This document shows, one piece after another, positions 35,258-44,613 of a stretch of DNA of 48,461 bases. The notes under the pieces were generated by a model. It was given only the letters and a program-made list of their open reading frames with translations. It did no database searches and was not told the origin of the DNA. Position numbers and translations under genes: made by a program. The DNA is from Methanomicrobiales archaeon (GTDB lineage Archaea > Halobacteriota > Methanomicrobia > Methanomicrobiales > JACTUA01): the NCBI GenBank assembly GCA_035542895.1, contig DATKKN010000005.1:1-48461 (forward strand). Reading direction: 5' to 3'. How positions within the stretch are numbered: the stretch's first letter is position 1; each line of letters begins with the position of its first letter.

Positions 35258-35563
35258 ATGAGCCTGGTTTCTGAGTTCATGGATTTCCTGAAGGAGTACA
35301 AGGTCGTCCCCCTTGCCATTGCCTTTATCATGGGCATTGCATCGACCGCCGTGATCAAGTCCCTGGTGGACAACATCATCATGGGCTTCATCACCCCGCT
35401 ATTGCCGGCCGGCGACTGGAGGACGGCCCTCTTCCAGATCGGTCCCTTCAAGTTCGGACTGGGGGCATTCCTCGGTGACGTCATCAACTTCGTCATCATC
35501 GCCTTCGTCGTATTCCTGACCGCGAAGTACATATTAGGGGAAGAGAAGGTCACCAAGAAGTAG
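35258..35563 (+). CDS. mscL: Large-conductance mechanosensitive channel MscL
   Basis: 'FLKEYKVVPLAIAFIMGIASTAVIKSLVDNIIMGFITPLL' and a second TM, 'FLGDVINFVIIAFVVFL'. 101 aa, the typical short archaeal MscL size. Confidence 0.85.
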   Translation: MSLVSEFMDFLKEYKVVPLAIAFIMGIASTAVIKSLVDNIIMGFITPLLPAGDWRTALFQIGPFKFGLGAFLGDVINFVIIAFVVFLTAKYILGEEKVTKK

Positions 35564-35762
35564 ATCGCTTCAATCCAACCTTTTTATGCCTGTTTGAGAT
35601 CCTGATCCGAAAGAGGATTGGACGGCACCCGGTCGGGACTCCTTCTGTCCTTGCTGCATGATGTGGAGGGCTGATGACCGGGTTCACTAAAGCAGATCCA
35701 TCCCTCGGGAAATCAAATAATAATTTGATGGTATCTCACTTTCCGTTCAATTGCCAAATTCG

Positions 35763-36149
35763 TCATAGTTGTTCATCCCGATCCCCGGAAAATGCCCTTC
35801 CCATGTATTTCTGGAGGTAGCCGGCGATGTAAGGAGTGACCACGGGTATGATCATGGAAAGGATCTCCATGGTCATGTCCGGTCGGGATCTTTGTTCCCT
35901 GCTGCCAGTCACATTCTCCCTCACAGCACGATGCCGGGTCACCAGTCGGAAGAGCCCGTATATGGCTATCCCGGCCCCGATTGCCGCAGCTGCTGATGCA
36001 ACCGGGTGCTTCCTTACGGTTGTACCTAGAGAGCCGAGGGCCTGAGATGGTGCCTGGCGAACAGACTGTTTCAGCCCGGCATAGGACCTTGCGATCATTT
36101 CCTCGGTCACGAGGAGGTCCTCCTCGGTTACCTGCCTACGTTTTTCCAC
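35763..36149 (-). CDS. Small membrane-anchored protein (DUF883/YqjD-like or YqjK-like position)
   Basis: A charged N-terminus, then 'KHPVASAAAAIGAGIAIYGLF' and a second hydrophobic segment. Overlaps the upstream gene by 14 nt. Confidence 0.5.
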   Translation of the reverse strand: MEKRRQVTEEDLLVTEEMIARSYAGLKQSVRQAPSQALGSLGTTVRKHPVASAAAAIGAGIAIYGLFRLVTRHRAVRENVTGSREQRSRPDMTMEILSMIIPVVTPYIAGYLQKYMGRAFSGDRDEQL

Positions 36150-36525
36150 GGTTCACCATCTCCCCGGCTGTCGGTGTCTGCAGGACGATCTTCTCCGAGA
36201 AGAGCTCATACGCGATGATTCCTGCCATGGCAAAGATAAGGGCTCCCGTGATCAGCAGGGCTGCCCAGAGCGGTACCACCGTCGCGAGAAGGGAGATGAC
36301 GCCCACCAATACCACCAGTGTGCCCGCCGCGAGCAGGGTAACCAATAGAGACAGGTACACGACCTTCTTTACCAGAAAGCGAAATGGCTCGAACACGTAA
36401 TGCTGCAGGAACAGATCGGTCTTCTGCCGCAGGTAGAGATCGATATACCGGATCAAAGCGGCGAACTGCGATTCAACCGATAATTCCTCATCCCGGGCGG
36501 CATGCTCCATGCGATCCCTCATCAA
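36136..36525 (-). CDS. Holin-X / YqjE-like (DUF1469) two-TM membrane protein
   Basis: An amphipathic N-terminus followed by two long TM helices ('VVYLSLLVTLLAAGTLVVLVGVISLL', 'LWAALLITGALIFAMAGIIAY'). Overlaps the upstream gene by 4 nt. Confidence 0.5.
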   Translation of the reverse strand: MMRDRMEHAARDEELSVESQFAALIRYIDLYLRQKTDLFLQHYVFEPFRFLVKKVVYLSLLVTLLAAGTLVVLVGVISLLATVVPLWAALLITGALIFAMAGIIAYELFSEKIVLQTPTAGEMVNRGKT

Positions 36526-36929
36526 TCGTGGGATTTGGAGATCAACATGCCAAAGAGAAATCCCACGCCCATCGCAATGAGGACCGCGGGAATGGGGTGA
36601 TCGCTGATGAGCGTCTCGACCGGTTCCATCCTGTCATGGAACCGACCTTCCATTTCATGGAATTTCATCCCGGCTTCTCCTTTGAACTGGTTCACCCGGG
36701 CCTCGACATCATGAAGGATCTTCTTCACATCCTCTCCATGCTTCGAGATGTCCGTACTCCGCAGCCTCCGGGCAGCCTCCTCCAGTGCCTCTGCTGTCTG
36801 GAGTTTCATCTTATCAGCCCCGGAAACACCCTTGTTTACCATCTGATCCATAATTTCCCCTGCCATAATCATGCACCAATCCTCAATCTTCGGTTGACTT
36901 TTTTTCTTACCCGTGTTCAACTGCCTCAT
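36522..36929 (-). CDS. DUF883 (YqjD/ElaB-like) C-tail-anchored stress protein
   Basis: A helical charged body and the C-terminal 'DHPIPAVLIAMGVGFLFGMLISK', which matches the YqjD/ElaB tail 'ENPW..vGiaAgvGfllGlLl'. The true start may be an internal ATG near 36866. Confidence 0.55.
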   Translation of the reverse strand: MRQLNTGKKKSQPKIEDWCMIMAGEIMDQMVNKGVSGADKMKLQTAEALEEAARRLRSTDISKHGEDVKKILHDVEARVNQFKGEAGMKFHEMEGRFHDRMEPVETLISDHPIPAVLIAMGVGFLFGMLISKSHD

Positions 36930-37171
36930 TCATCCCCTGGTATGGGATGTTCATGATATGTTCGGGATATCATCCTGGAGGTATCCTCATCTGTTTCGTC
37001 CATACCAGAGCAAGCAATACATATCGGGATTTACCTAAATAAACGCTCTGCAGGGGTGCGATCTGGTGTGACAAGCTGGATTTGCGGGATGAAGAAAGGA
37101 AGGCAGGATAATCCAGAAGGACCATCAGGTTTTTAACCCTTCCCGCCCACCGACCGGCAGAGGAAGAGAAC

Positions 37172-37588
37172 ATGCCAGAGGAACTGCAGGAACAGGAGGA
37201 TCTCACCAGGGACCTGCTCGCCCGGCTCGCCGACCCCCGGGAGACTGTGCGCGAGAGCGCGGCCGAGGCCCTCGCGGTGGCGGCCGGGGACGAGGACTGG
37301 AGGCCGGACGACCTGATCCTCTGCGACGGGATCGGCACGGTCATCGGCCTCCTCGGCGACCGGAACCGGCACATCGTGCAGTCAGCCCTCGCGGTCATCG
37401 GGGCCATCGCATCTGCAGGGCACGAGGAGGAGCTGCTGAGCCACGGGGTCATCGACAGGCTCGAGGCGATCCAGTCCCACCGGGACCCGGCGATCCGGAG
37501 GCTCGCGCGCGAGATGCTCTGGTCCCTCACCCCCGACGTGGAGGACCTGGTAACCCGCCAGGAAACCAGAGAGGAGGAGGAGATCTAG
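37172..37588 (+). CDS. HEAT/armadillo-repeat protein
   Basis: 'LADPRETVRESAAEALAV', 'LLGDRNRHIVQSALAVIGAIA' and 'SHRDPAIRRLAREMLWSL' are HEAT-like helical repeats. The C-terminal tail is acidic. Confidence 0.55.
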   Translation: MPEELQEQEDLTRDLLARLADPRETVRESAAEALAVAAGDEDWRPDDLILCDGIGTVIGLLGDRNRHIVQSALAVIGAIASAGHEEELLSHGVIDRLEAIQSHRDPAIRRLAREMLWSLTPDVEDLVTRQETREEEEI

Positions 37589-37609
37589 GGCGGTGTCGGG
37601 ACCGACACC

Positions 37610-37882
37610 TCATCCGAGAGTAATCCCAAAGAGGGCAAGGACCATCACGAGGATCGCGCCGGGTAGGCCCGCGATGGCGCAGACGAGGATGGTGACCCAG
37701 CCGACGTCGATGTCCGGCTTTCCCGCGTACTGCATGAGGTGGAAGCAGTTCGCGGCGAAGAGGACGAGCAGCCCTGCGATCGAGTTGATCACCAGGTGCA
37801 CGATGTTCCGGAGGACGAAGTAGACCACCGCCGCGAAAGCGAGGATCACGAGGAGGAGGACGAGGATACCGGCCGGTGCCAT
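37610..37882 (-). CDS. BofA-like small membrane protein (pro-sigmaK processing inhibitor family fold)
   Basis: The ATG at 37882 gives a 90-aa protein. 'LVINSIAGLLVLFAAN' and 'CAIAGLPGAILVMVLALFG' match BofA-family motifs. Confidence 0.55.
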   Translation of the reverse strand: MAPAGILVLLLVILAFAAVVYFVLRNIVHLVINSIAGLLVLFAANCFHLMQYAGKPDIDVGWVTILVCAIAGLPGAILVMVLALFGITLG

Positions 37883-37920
37883 AGTTACCTGTACCCACCT
37901 GTCCGGTGAAAAATCCGTGA

Positions 37921-38313
37921 TCACCCGTAGCCGGAGATATCGTAGTCGATCTCCGTCGATTTCGTCACGCACTCCTTCCCGTGGACGAGGACCTCCTCCA
38001 CGGTGCGCTTCAGGATCGCCGGGTACACCGCGCCGACGAGCTCGCTGACCGGCCGGCCCTGGCAGAAGAACTTGAAGGTCGGGGTCCCCTTCACCCCGTA
38101 GCGCTCGCCGGTCCAGAGGTTCACAGAGACATCGATCCTGGCGAAGAGTACCTTATCCCTGTATTCCAGGGAGTACTGGTCATAGTAGGGGGCCATGGCC
38201 CTGCAGTGAACGCACGTGGGAGAGTAGAACATCACCGCCACCGGGAGCTGGGCCTTCTCCACCTGGAGGTGGAACGTGCGGTCGTCGACCTCGAAGACGA
38301 GGGAACCCTCCAA
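37921..38313 (-). CDS. Thioredoxin-fold protein (CxxC)
   Basis: 'VAVMFYSPTCVHCRAMAPYY....VLFARIDV......YGVKGTPTFKFF'. The only start in the ORF is a TTG at 38313. Confidence 0.75.
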   Translation of the reverse strand: MEGSLVFEVDDRTFHLQVEKAQLPVAVMFYSPTCVHCRAMAPYYDQYSLEYRDKVLFARIDVSVNLWTGERYGVKGTPTFKFFCQGRPVSELVGAVYPAILKRTVEEVLVHGKECVTKSTEIDYDISGYG

Positions 38314-38441
38314 GGCGCCACCCCTTTCTACTCCTTAATCAGGGGATCGTGTTAAAGGTTATGGAAGAGGATGCTGCGAGGTGCAGGAAGGCCGGAGGGA
38401 GCCATCGGTCTTCCCCGGTTCAGGTCCTCCCTTCAGGGATC

Positions 38442-38951
38442 TTATGCCTGCCCCGGGTTCTTCCTCTCGCTGAGGAGTTCCCTCCCCATGGCGAGGGCCG
38501 TCATGAGGAAGAGGGTGGTGGTGAGGATGCCCACCGCCATGGTATAGAGAGAGGACCGTGCGACCCAGCTGAGACCGCCCAGGCAGTGTGCGAGGCCGAT
38601 GATGAGGACGGCGGCCACCCCGGAAGGATAGTACCGGGTGTTCTTCAGCCACCGGAGCATGGCAAGGGAGGCGAGGAAGTACAGGGCGAGGAGGGAGATG
38701 AAATATACGACCATGAGATTGTGCCCAAGGACGAAGCGCACCACCGGGCTCGCCTCGAAAGAGAGGACGGTATCGTGGCTGCCCGCGAGGCGAAAGGTCA
38801 GGGAGTAATCGAAGGCGAGTGCCACCGGGGGTATGAGGGCCAGGAACAGGGCGTCCTTGTAGAGGTATTCCAGGAACCGCCTGGCCCGGGAAGCCCTGGC
38901 GCCGGGGAGAAGACCGGCAGATGCCGGGGCGGGAACCCGTTTTTCCTGCAT
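38442..38951 (-). CDS. Four-TM membrane protein, DUF5658-like (paralog A)
   Basis: 'ALAFDYSLTFRLAGSHDTVLSFEASPVV' and 'LKNTRYYPSGVAAVLIIGLAHCLGGLSWV' align with the protein at 47784..48227 ('AVIFDYTMTLTFSGGREAIIALEYSPVL', 'LKKTRYYPFGVLLIILIGSTHITGGFSWI'). Confidence 0.65.
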   Translation of the reverse strand: MQEKRVPAPASAGLLPGARASRARRFLEYLYKDALFLALIPPVALAFDYSLTFRLAGSHDTVLSFEASPVVRFVLGHNLMVVYFISLLALYFLASLAMLRWLKNTRYYPSGVAAVLIIGLAHCLGGLSWVARSSLYTMAVGILTTTLFLMTALAMGRELLSERKNPGQA

Positions 38952-38954
38952 CTC

Positions 38955-40526
38955 CTAGGTCCCTCCAATAATACTGTCAGGAATGCGGTAGGTTGTCGCG
39001 TTTCCGGTGAGGAGGGTCCGTCCAGGATCCGCATGAAGGTCAAGGTCTCCCTTGATGTCAACCCCTATGTTATTTACAAAGATCCGGGAGTGCTCTTCGC
39101 TCGCGAGAACCGTCAGGTCATCCCATGTAAGGGATGCATATCCGCTGGAGGGCGGGCAAAAGAGGTTCAATGCAGAGGGGAGGATTTCCACCGAGGGGAG
39201 GTTGAACTCCTGCACGATGCCCCGCGCTGCGAGGGAGCTTTTCACATAGAGGGAGAGGTACCTGAAGGACAGGTTTTCTATCTTTTTCCCATGGATACTG
39301 ATGGTCCCATGATCATCATCGTAGAAGGCCAGGGTTGTGTCAGCACCGGGAGTGAGGTTCACCCTGGAGCCATTGAGGGTGATGAATGACTGCGCATCAT
39401 TGACGGTGAAATGCAGATAAGATCCCCCCGTGATCCGGCCCTCCCGCGCGGTCCTGAACGTCACGGAGTGGTTGGAGAACTCGGAGGCCATGGGCCAGAC
39501 GGCCACCAGGTTCGTCTTCAATGTCCTGTTGGCAGACTGGAGGTTCTGCACGAAAAGGGTTACATTATAGGAACCCGGTTCGGTATACGTATGAAGAGGG
39601 TTCTGGAGGGTGGAGGTATTCCCGTCCCCGAAGTCCCAGGTCCATGAGGTGACCCCTCCGGCCGTCCGATCGGTGAACAGTACCGCGAGTGGACTGGGTC
39701 CGGATTCGGGAAAAGCAGAGAAGTCAGCTGAAAGGGGCCCCTGTTCCAATGGTGCAGGAGGTTTCTGGAGAGCCCAGGTCGCACTGCTCTGGTTGTTGAA
39801 CCAGACGCTGATGAGCGTATTCTCCACTGAGAGATTCCGGGGCACTTCGTAGACGAGATAGCCGTTTATGGCATTGGACTCCCCGGGCCAGAGGAACCCC
39901 CCGGCATGGCCGCTGCTGAGGTACCAGGAATTCCGGAGGTAGGCATAATCGCGTTCGTTTACACCCACCTCCCGGATCCATTGGTATGTGCTGTTGAGTC
40001 TCTCGAGGGCCGTTTCATCGTAACCTGTTGTGTTCTGGTAAGGAAGGTTGGTATAGCAGGAATTATCCCCGGAGGGTAGGATTCCGCAGAGACTGAAGGC
40101 ATCAGCCGAGGGGATCCACTGGGCGACTGAGCCGAGGTTCACCATGTGGATGTAAACGAAGAGAAAGCGATTCCCCACATCAGGGAGCTGAGGAAAGAAA
40201 AGACCGCTGGTTGGATCCAGCCAGTGGTACCGGTCCAGGTACCGGTACCTTGTCACCGAAGCCTTGATGGTGAAGCCGGCGGGGCCGTAACGGTACTCCT
40301 CACCAAGGGCAAGAGTTACCCGCGGGGGCACGGGAACCTGGGTGGGAGTAGCGGGAACCGGCGTCTCTACCGGAGTGGTCTCCTCAGTGACAACCGGGAC
40401 CGGGGTTGTAAGCGGCTGGGTCGTGACCGTGGTGACGTTCCTGGCCGAGGACCCCTTTGCGCCCTGGCACCCCGCCAGGGCAGCGAGGAGCACCAGGAGG
40501 ATGAGCGGCACAATATATATTCGCAT
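38955..40526 (-). CDS. Lipoprotein-like surface protein: Thr/Pro linker, DUF4352-like domain and PKD domain
   Basis: Signal with lipobox 'LAALAGC'. 'NRFLFVYIHMVNLG' is DUF4352-like. PKD motif: 'PLAVLFTDRTAGGVTSWTWDFGDGNTSTLQNPLHTYTEPGSYNVTLFVQN'. Confidence 0.75.
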   Translation of the reverse strand: MRIYIVPLILLVLLAALAGCQGAKGSSARNVTTVTTQPLTTPVPVVTEETTPVETPVPATPTQVPVPPRVTLALGEEYRYGPAGFTIKASVTRYRYLDRYHWLDPTSGLFFPQLPDVGNRFLFVYIHMVNLGSVAQWIPSADAFSLCGILPSGDNSCYTNLPYQNTTGYDETALERLNSTYQWIREVGVNERDYAYLRNSWYLSSGHAGGFLWPGESNAINGYLVYEVPRNLSVENTLISVWFNNQSSATWALQKPPAPLEQGPLSADFSAFPESGPSPLAVLFTDRTAGGVTSWTWDFGDGNTSTLQNPLHTYTEPGSYNVTLFVQNLQSANRTLKTNLVAVWPMASEFSNHSVTFRTAREGRITGGSYLHFTVNDAQSFITLNGSRVNLTPGADTTLAFYDDDHGTISIHGKKIENLSFRYLSLYVKSSLAARGIVQEFNLPSVEILPSALNLFCPPSSGYASLTWDDLTVLASEEHSRIFVNNIGVDIKGDLDLHADPGRTLLTGNATTYRIPDSIIGGT

Positions 40527-40710
40527 TCTTAACTATAGAGAGACCTTTCGAAATAACAAGCTTACGATCATGATTGAATTTTTATAACCCGCTGATACGG
40601 TCCCGCTGACTCCGGTGTATGCAACACGGCGCTTCGGGCGGCGCGTCCCATGACCCGTCGCACAACACGGTTCAGAAAAATTGCACTGTTATCGGTGATC
40701 GTTCTCATCC

Positions 40711-41199
40711 TCATCCGTAACTTCTCGACTCATCGGTTGAATCCGTCTTGTCACTGACTGCACTCCCGAATTCCTGCTGGATCAGCCAGATGCCCTGCAA
40801 CTTGGCTCTTGATACTTTTTTAATGGTCTCGAGCAACCGGTCTTTCGAAAACCCATCCTGGTAGATCGTATGTGAGATGGTAAAATCCTGCAATATTCCG
40901 TCGGGATGGTTCAGGGCGAAATCGATCGACATCTGGTTCAGGGAGAGCATGAAGTTCCAGAAGAACTTCTCCCTCTTTTTCTTATTCAAAGCCATGATTT
41001 TCGTGAGATGTTCGGGGCTTACGTTAACCCGTGTAATGATGACAATCATGTCATCCTTCCCTTTCGGCTGAACTATTTCGAGGGGGTTTTGCGGCGCTAT
41101 TTCTATCCCGAAATGAAAAATTGCACCTTCATCGATCACCTTGTGCCGGAACAATCCTTCATCTGCGAGCCATTTCTGTACTTCATCCGATGATATCAT
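40711..41199 (-). CDS. Cytoplasmic hypothetical protein (possibly YbjN/DUF2299-like)
   Basis: A clean 162-aa ORF in the lower-GC segment. 'MISSDEVQKWLADEGLF..KVIDEGAIFHFGIEI' resembles archaeal DUF2299-type N-termini. The family assignment is tentative. Confidence 0.45.
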   Translation of the reverse strand: MISSDEVQKWLADEGLFRHKVIDEGAIFHFGIEIAPQNPLEIVQPKGKDDMIVIITRVNVSPEHLTKIMALNKKKREKFFWNFMLSLNQMSIDFALNHPDGILQDFTISHTIYQDGFSKDRLLETIKKVSRAKLQGIWLIQQEFGSAVSDKTDSTDESRSYG

Positions 41200-41641
41200 A
41201 GCTCAGCTATCCGTAAGCGTGCATATTAGATTACCGACGAACAGAATCCATCCTCCCTGTCGGTGTGGAAAGAAAAGTCATGAAGGATGCAGATGTAAAG
41301 TGACGATGCAAAAGGGAATGTTCTAGCTGCGTCTCCGGCGGCTATAGGGGTGATCTCCGGGAATTTTTCTTGACAATGGTTTCCATTCGATCATGCCTTC
41401 TGATTCTTCCGGCTTGATGTTTTTCTCTTCCGGTTTTTCCTCATCGATAGATCTTTTCGTAGCGAGCGGCATCCCAACACCAGAAGAAAGGCATTCAAAT
41501 GAGATCCCATAAATCATTCGGTTTTAATATCGACAAGAATATCACAGTAAATACGAAGAACAGGCCTGAACACAAGGTAATCGGAAGATGCAACGAAAAT
41601 ATAGCCTTACCTTTTCGCAAACTTACCCTGCGCCGAATACG

Positions 41642-42031
41642 TCAGAGTCCCATTCCCATGAGCACATGGATGTTATTTGCCACGGCGAAGGAATACCAGC
41701 CGATGAGGACCGCGACCACATTTTGCCCGACGCCCGGGATAATATGATCGGTCCACCGGACGGTCATTGCCATCAGGACGACCACCAGCCATTTCAGGAG
41801 GAAATGAGTGAAATACGATCCGACGAAGGAGACCACGACATGGTTGGCCTCGGTCGCCCCGAGGGAGAGCCCGATGGATGTCGTGGCAATATCCACGCCG
41901 AACAAGCAGGCAAGAATGATGATCCCGATGAACACCGGGGTATCCATGTCACCGGAAATGGTCCTCCAGATATGCCGCAGTTTGAAATAATTACCTACCG
42001 GGATCTTCTTCTGGTAAATATTGGTGTTCAT
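41642..42031 (-). CDS. Small four-TM membrane protein, DUF5658-like (paralog B, divergent)
   Basis: 'LFGVDIATTSIGLSLGATEANHVV' fits the D...T....G..E.NP-type motif shared with paralogs A and C. The antisense ORF 41588..42073 has no membrane or protein-like character. Confidence 0.55.
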   Translation of the reverse strand: MNTNIYQKKIPVGNYFKLRHIWRTISGDMDTPVFIGIIILACLFGVDIATTSIGLSLGATEANHVVVSFVGSYFTHFLLKWLVVVLMAMTVRWTDHIIPGVGQNVVAVLIGWYSFAVANNIHVLMGMGL

Positions 42032-42115
42032 GCCATCACTTCATGCATCGGGACTGTTTTTTCATTGGAGTAATTTTATTGCAGGTATGAGGTTTCCCGG
42101 GATACCGGTCCTGAC

Positions 42116-42538
42116 TCAGGAATCCTTCTTCCGTTCCTCCTCCAGCTTCACCAGCATTTCCCTGAGTTCCCTGTTTTCCTTCCTGAACAATCGTCGCATT
42201 GCCATGGTCTGCCTGTCCTCCCAGAGAGAGAACGCAAACATGAGGATTAAAAACCCGACGGCCGCAGAAAGTGCCCCCCACTTCACCGTGTACGGCCAGG
42301 TGAGACGGTAGAGGCCAAAGTAGATGAAGAGCGGCCCTGCGATCATGAAAAAAACAGAGGAGATCAGCATGAGCCTGTTTCTCTTTTCAAATTCCTCGTC
42401 CGAGAGATGGTCTTCCTCGAGGAAGAACAGTTTCGTGCTGATTACCTTCGTACCAGCCATTTCATCTTTTCGTTCGGGGTTCGCGGGTTCTTTTCCTGGT
42501 TCACCTGCGTTCATGCATCGCACCTCATGAGAAATCAC
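42116..42538 (-). CDS. Two-TM protein with a C-terminal coiled coil (hypothetical)
   Basis: TM hairpin 'LMLISSVFFMIAGPLFIYFGLY' and 'GALSAAVGFLILMFAFSLW', then 'RRLFRKENRELREMLVKLEEERKK'. A GTG at 42538 would overlap the upstream gene; an ATG at 42514 is the alternative. Confidence 0.5.
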   Translation of the reverse strand: MISHEVRCMNAGEPGKEPANPERKDEMAGTKVISTKLFFLEEDHLSDEEFEKRNRLMLISSVFFMIAGPLFIYFGLYRLTWPYTVKWGALSAAVGFLILMFAFSLWEDRQTMAMRRLFRKENRELREMLVKLEEERKKDS

Positions 42539-43199
42539 TCGAAAGTACCGTGAGTTCCGGATAGATACGTTTCATTTCCTTGATGGCGTTGCCAGCTTCC
42601 TTCAGATGCTCGTCGAAACCTGCCTGATCATGATCCCTGTCTGCAAGGGTCGCCTTCATGCTTGCCAGCTCTGCGTCAACGGCGTTTTGTTCTATCTCGT
42701 CAATCCGCGGGAGGACCATCCCGATGGTGAACCCGTCGGACGAGCCGGGCGATGCATGTGATTTCGCAGCGGTGAGAAGGTCGGCTGATCTGGCGATATT
42801 TTCTTTCCCTGTGCGCATCAGCTCCCATGGAGCATTTTTCCCGGCCTGGTCCGGTATTGAGGGAACCGTTGCGAGCATCAGGTATGCGTCCATACAGTCG
42901 GCGTAACCGGCTTTGAAGGTGCTGACTCCTTCCTGCCAGCGGGCGTTAAAATTGGCCGTTTCCTGATCACTCTGGATGAGATTTGTCGAGTACCCCTCGA
43001 CGCTGCTCTGCATGTATTCGTTCCCGGGTTTGCTGATCTCCTTGTAAAACAGGCCGGACCCGAACTGGTAGATTGAATCCGCGCTGATATTATCGGCGGA
43101 ACCTCCTGAGATCGCATTCTGTACCGGCCCGGCGACCATGGCAGTGGTTCCGAGAATGCCGGCGATCAGTATCACGTTTTTCAGCAGAAAATTGTTCAT
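42525..43199 (-). CDS. Secreted hypothetical protein
   Basis: Signal peptide 'MNNFLLKNVILIAGILGTTAMVAG'. The body is helical and I recognise no family. The segment has lower GC. Confidence 0.5.
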   Translation of the reverse strand: MNNFLLKNVILIAGILGTTAMVAGPVQNAISGGSADNISADSIYQFGSGLFYKEISKPGNEYMQSSVEGYSTNLIQSDQETANFNARWQEGVSTFKAGYADCMDAYLMLATVPSIPDQAGKNAPWELMRTGKENIARSADLLTAAKSHASPGSSDGFTIGMVLPRIDEIEQNAVDAELASMKATLADRDHDQAGFDEHLKEAGNAIKEMKRIYPELTVLSSDFS

Positions 43200-43405
43200 G
43201 ATACCTTCACAAGTGGTTTGTTTATCATCCCTATATATTTTTTGAATTATTTATATAATAGATTTTAAGCGATGATTGAGTATTCATCCACTCATCCTCG
43301 CACCGGTGATGAAAGTCCCCAGCTTTGTCCCTGATAATCATACAGAGATCTGGGACTCCTCGCCAAACCGAGACATAATTTGACACCTATTGAGAATATA
43401 CGTGG

Positions 43406-43415
43406 TATATATATT
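43406..43415 (+). promoter_or_regulatory. Candidate TATA box upstream of the pilin gene
   Basis: TATATATATT lies 43-52 nt upstream of the ATG at 43458 in an AT-rich spacer. Confidence 0.3.
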
Positions 43416-43457
43416 ATTGAGGGAATACCTATAAGACCGGCCGCAGATAACTACGCG

Positions 43458-44609
43458 ATGCAGCATGTCCCCTTCAGGCACCGGGAGGACGGGGTTTCGG
43501 TCATCGTGGGGACCCTCCTCCTCATCCTCGTTGCGGTGACGGCAGTGGCGGGCCTCGCCCTCATGGTCTCCCAGATGCAGAAGGAGACGATGATCCGGGA
43601 GAGCCACCAGGCTGATGTCCAGAACGAGGCCCTGAAGATCCAGTCTATCGAGCTCAGGAACGACAGGAACGAATGGAACCTCACCCCGGCGAACGACACC
43701 GTCTCTGTCGGGAACTGGTCCTCCCTCAAATTCGGCCTCCTCAACCTGAACACCAAAGACTCCCAGGTTACTGGTATCGGTGTCAGGCCCGGCAGTTCGG
43801 GGATCATGCGGTATGCATGGAACTACACGAGTGGAAATGAGATATACAATCTGTCGCACAGGCTCACCATCCCTGCCACGAAGTCCGAGGTTGTGGAGCT
43901 GAACCTCGTCGCCAATTTCTCAAGCGTGGTCCCCCCCGATCCCCTCTATATCCATACCGATGAGCCGGTGACCATCCGGGTCATCACCTCCCTCCAGAAG
44001 GTCTTCGAGACCACCTTTCGGCCACCCATTGCGGCCATGCGGACCAAGATCGAGTCGGAAGACCTGTTCACGGGTGCCCAGAGGTCAATCCTTATTCTCG
44101 ATGGGTCCGACTCAACGGATGACGGCACGGTCATGAAATGGAACTGGACTGTTCTGGACGGGTCAAACACCCTTCCGGAGCCCGGTACCTGGGATGATGT
44201 CGTGAATATCGACGCCTCGTATTACGAGGGAAAGATCGTCAGGGTCGAGCCTTCCTCATCGGGACCGTTCCAGATCGGGCTGACGGTGACCGACGATACG
44301 GGGATGACGGGAACATCAAGAATGGTCACCATTCCGAGGAGCGGGGACTTCAGCCCTGCCGTAGCAATGGTCGTCAACCGGACCATGTTTCCGGATATCA
44401 AAGTCTCGGTTTTTGACATCGGGGGCCATCCGGTGAGTGGGTCGGTAGTCAATTTCCTCAGAATGAATGACCCGTTCGGGAACCTGACCTTGTCCAACTG
44501 GTCGGCTGCCACGGACAGTCATGGGACCGTGCTCACCACCTGGCTTGACGGCATGGGCACCATCCGCGTTATTTCCGGGAAACTGTCACCCGTCGATCTC
44601 CCGGTGTAG
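43458..44609 (+). CDS. Archaeal type IV pilin-like protein (class III signal peptide, DUF1628-type) with a PKD-like and a further Ig-like domain
   Basis: 'MQHVPFRHREDG/VSVIVGTLLLILVAVTAVAGLALMV' has a short basic leader, Gly at the predicted prepilin-peptidase site and a hydrophobic helix. The PKD-like segment is 'ILDGSDSTDDGTVMKWNWTVLDG...IGLTVTDDTGMTGTS'. Confidence 0.75.
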   Translation: MQHVPFRHREDGVSVIVGTLLLILVAVTAVAGLALMVSQMQKETMIRESHQADVQNEALKIQSIELRNDRNEWNLTPANDTVSVGNWSSLKFGLLNLNTKDSQVTGIGVRPGSSGIMRYAWNYTSGNEIYNLSHRLTIPATKSEVVELNLVANFSSVVPPDPLYIHTDEPVTIRVITSLQKVFETTFRPPIAAMRTKIESEDLFTGAQRSILILDGSDSTDDGTVMKWNWTVLDGSNTLPEPGTWDDVVNIDASYYEGKIVRVEPSSSGPFQIGLTVTDDTGMTGTSRMVTIPRSGDFSPAVAMVVNRTMFPDIKVSVFDIGGHPVSGSVVNFLRMNDPFGNLTLSNWSAATDSHGTVLTTWLDGMGTIRVISGKLSPVDLPV

Positions 44610-44613
44610 GCCC

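Noticed and set aside
35107-35556. N-terminal 150 codons of the 461-aa ORF 34171..35556
   Set aside because: This region overlaps mscL on the opposite strand, and mscL has an unmistakable family signature. The Lon-like protein has a natural ATG plus TM start at 35106.
41323-41517. 64-aa minus-strand ORF in the low-GC insert
   Set aside because: It might be a real small, highly charged protein, but it is too short, has no motif and has no clear start context. I leave it unannotated.
41588-42073. 161-aa plus-strand ORF
   Set aside because: It is antisense to the DUF5658-like paralog B, which has four clear TM helices. The plus-strand product is His/Asp/Gly/Pro-rich.
40530-43457. Calling the low-GC insert a mobile element or provirus
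   Set aside because: No integrase, transposase, terminal repeats, tRNA attachment site or viral hallmark gene is visible in the window. Only the compositional anomaly is reported.
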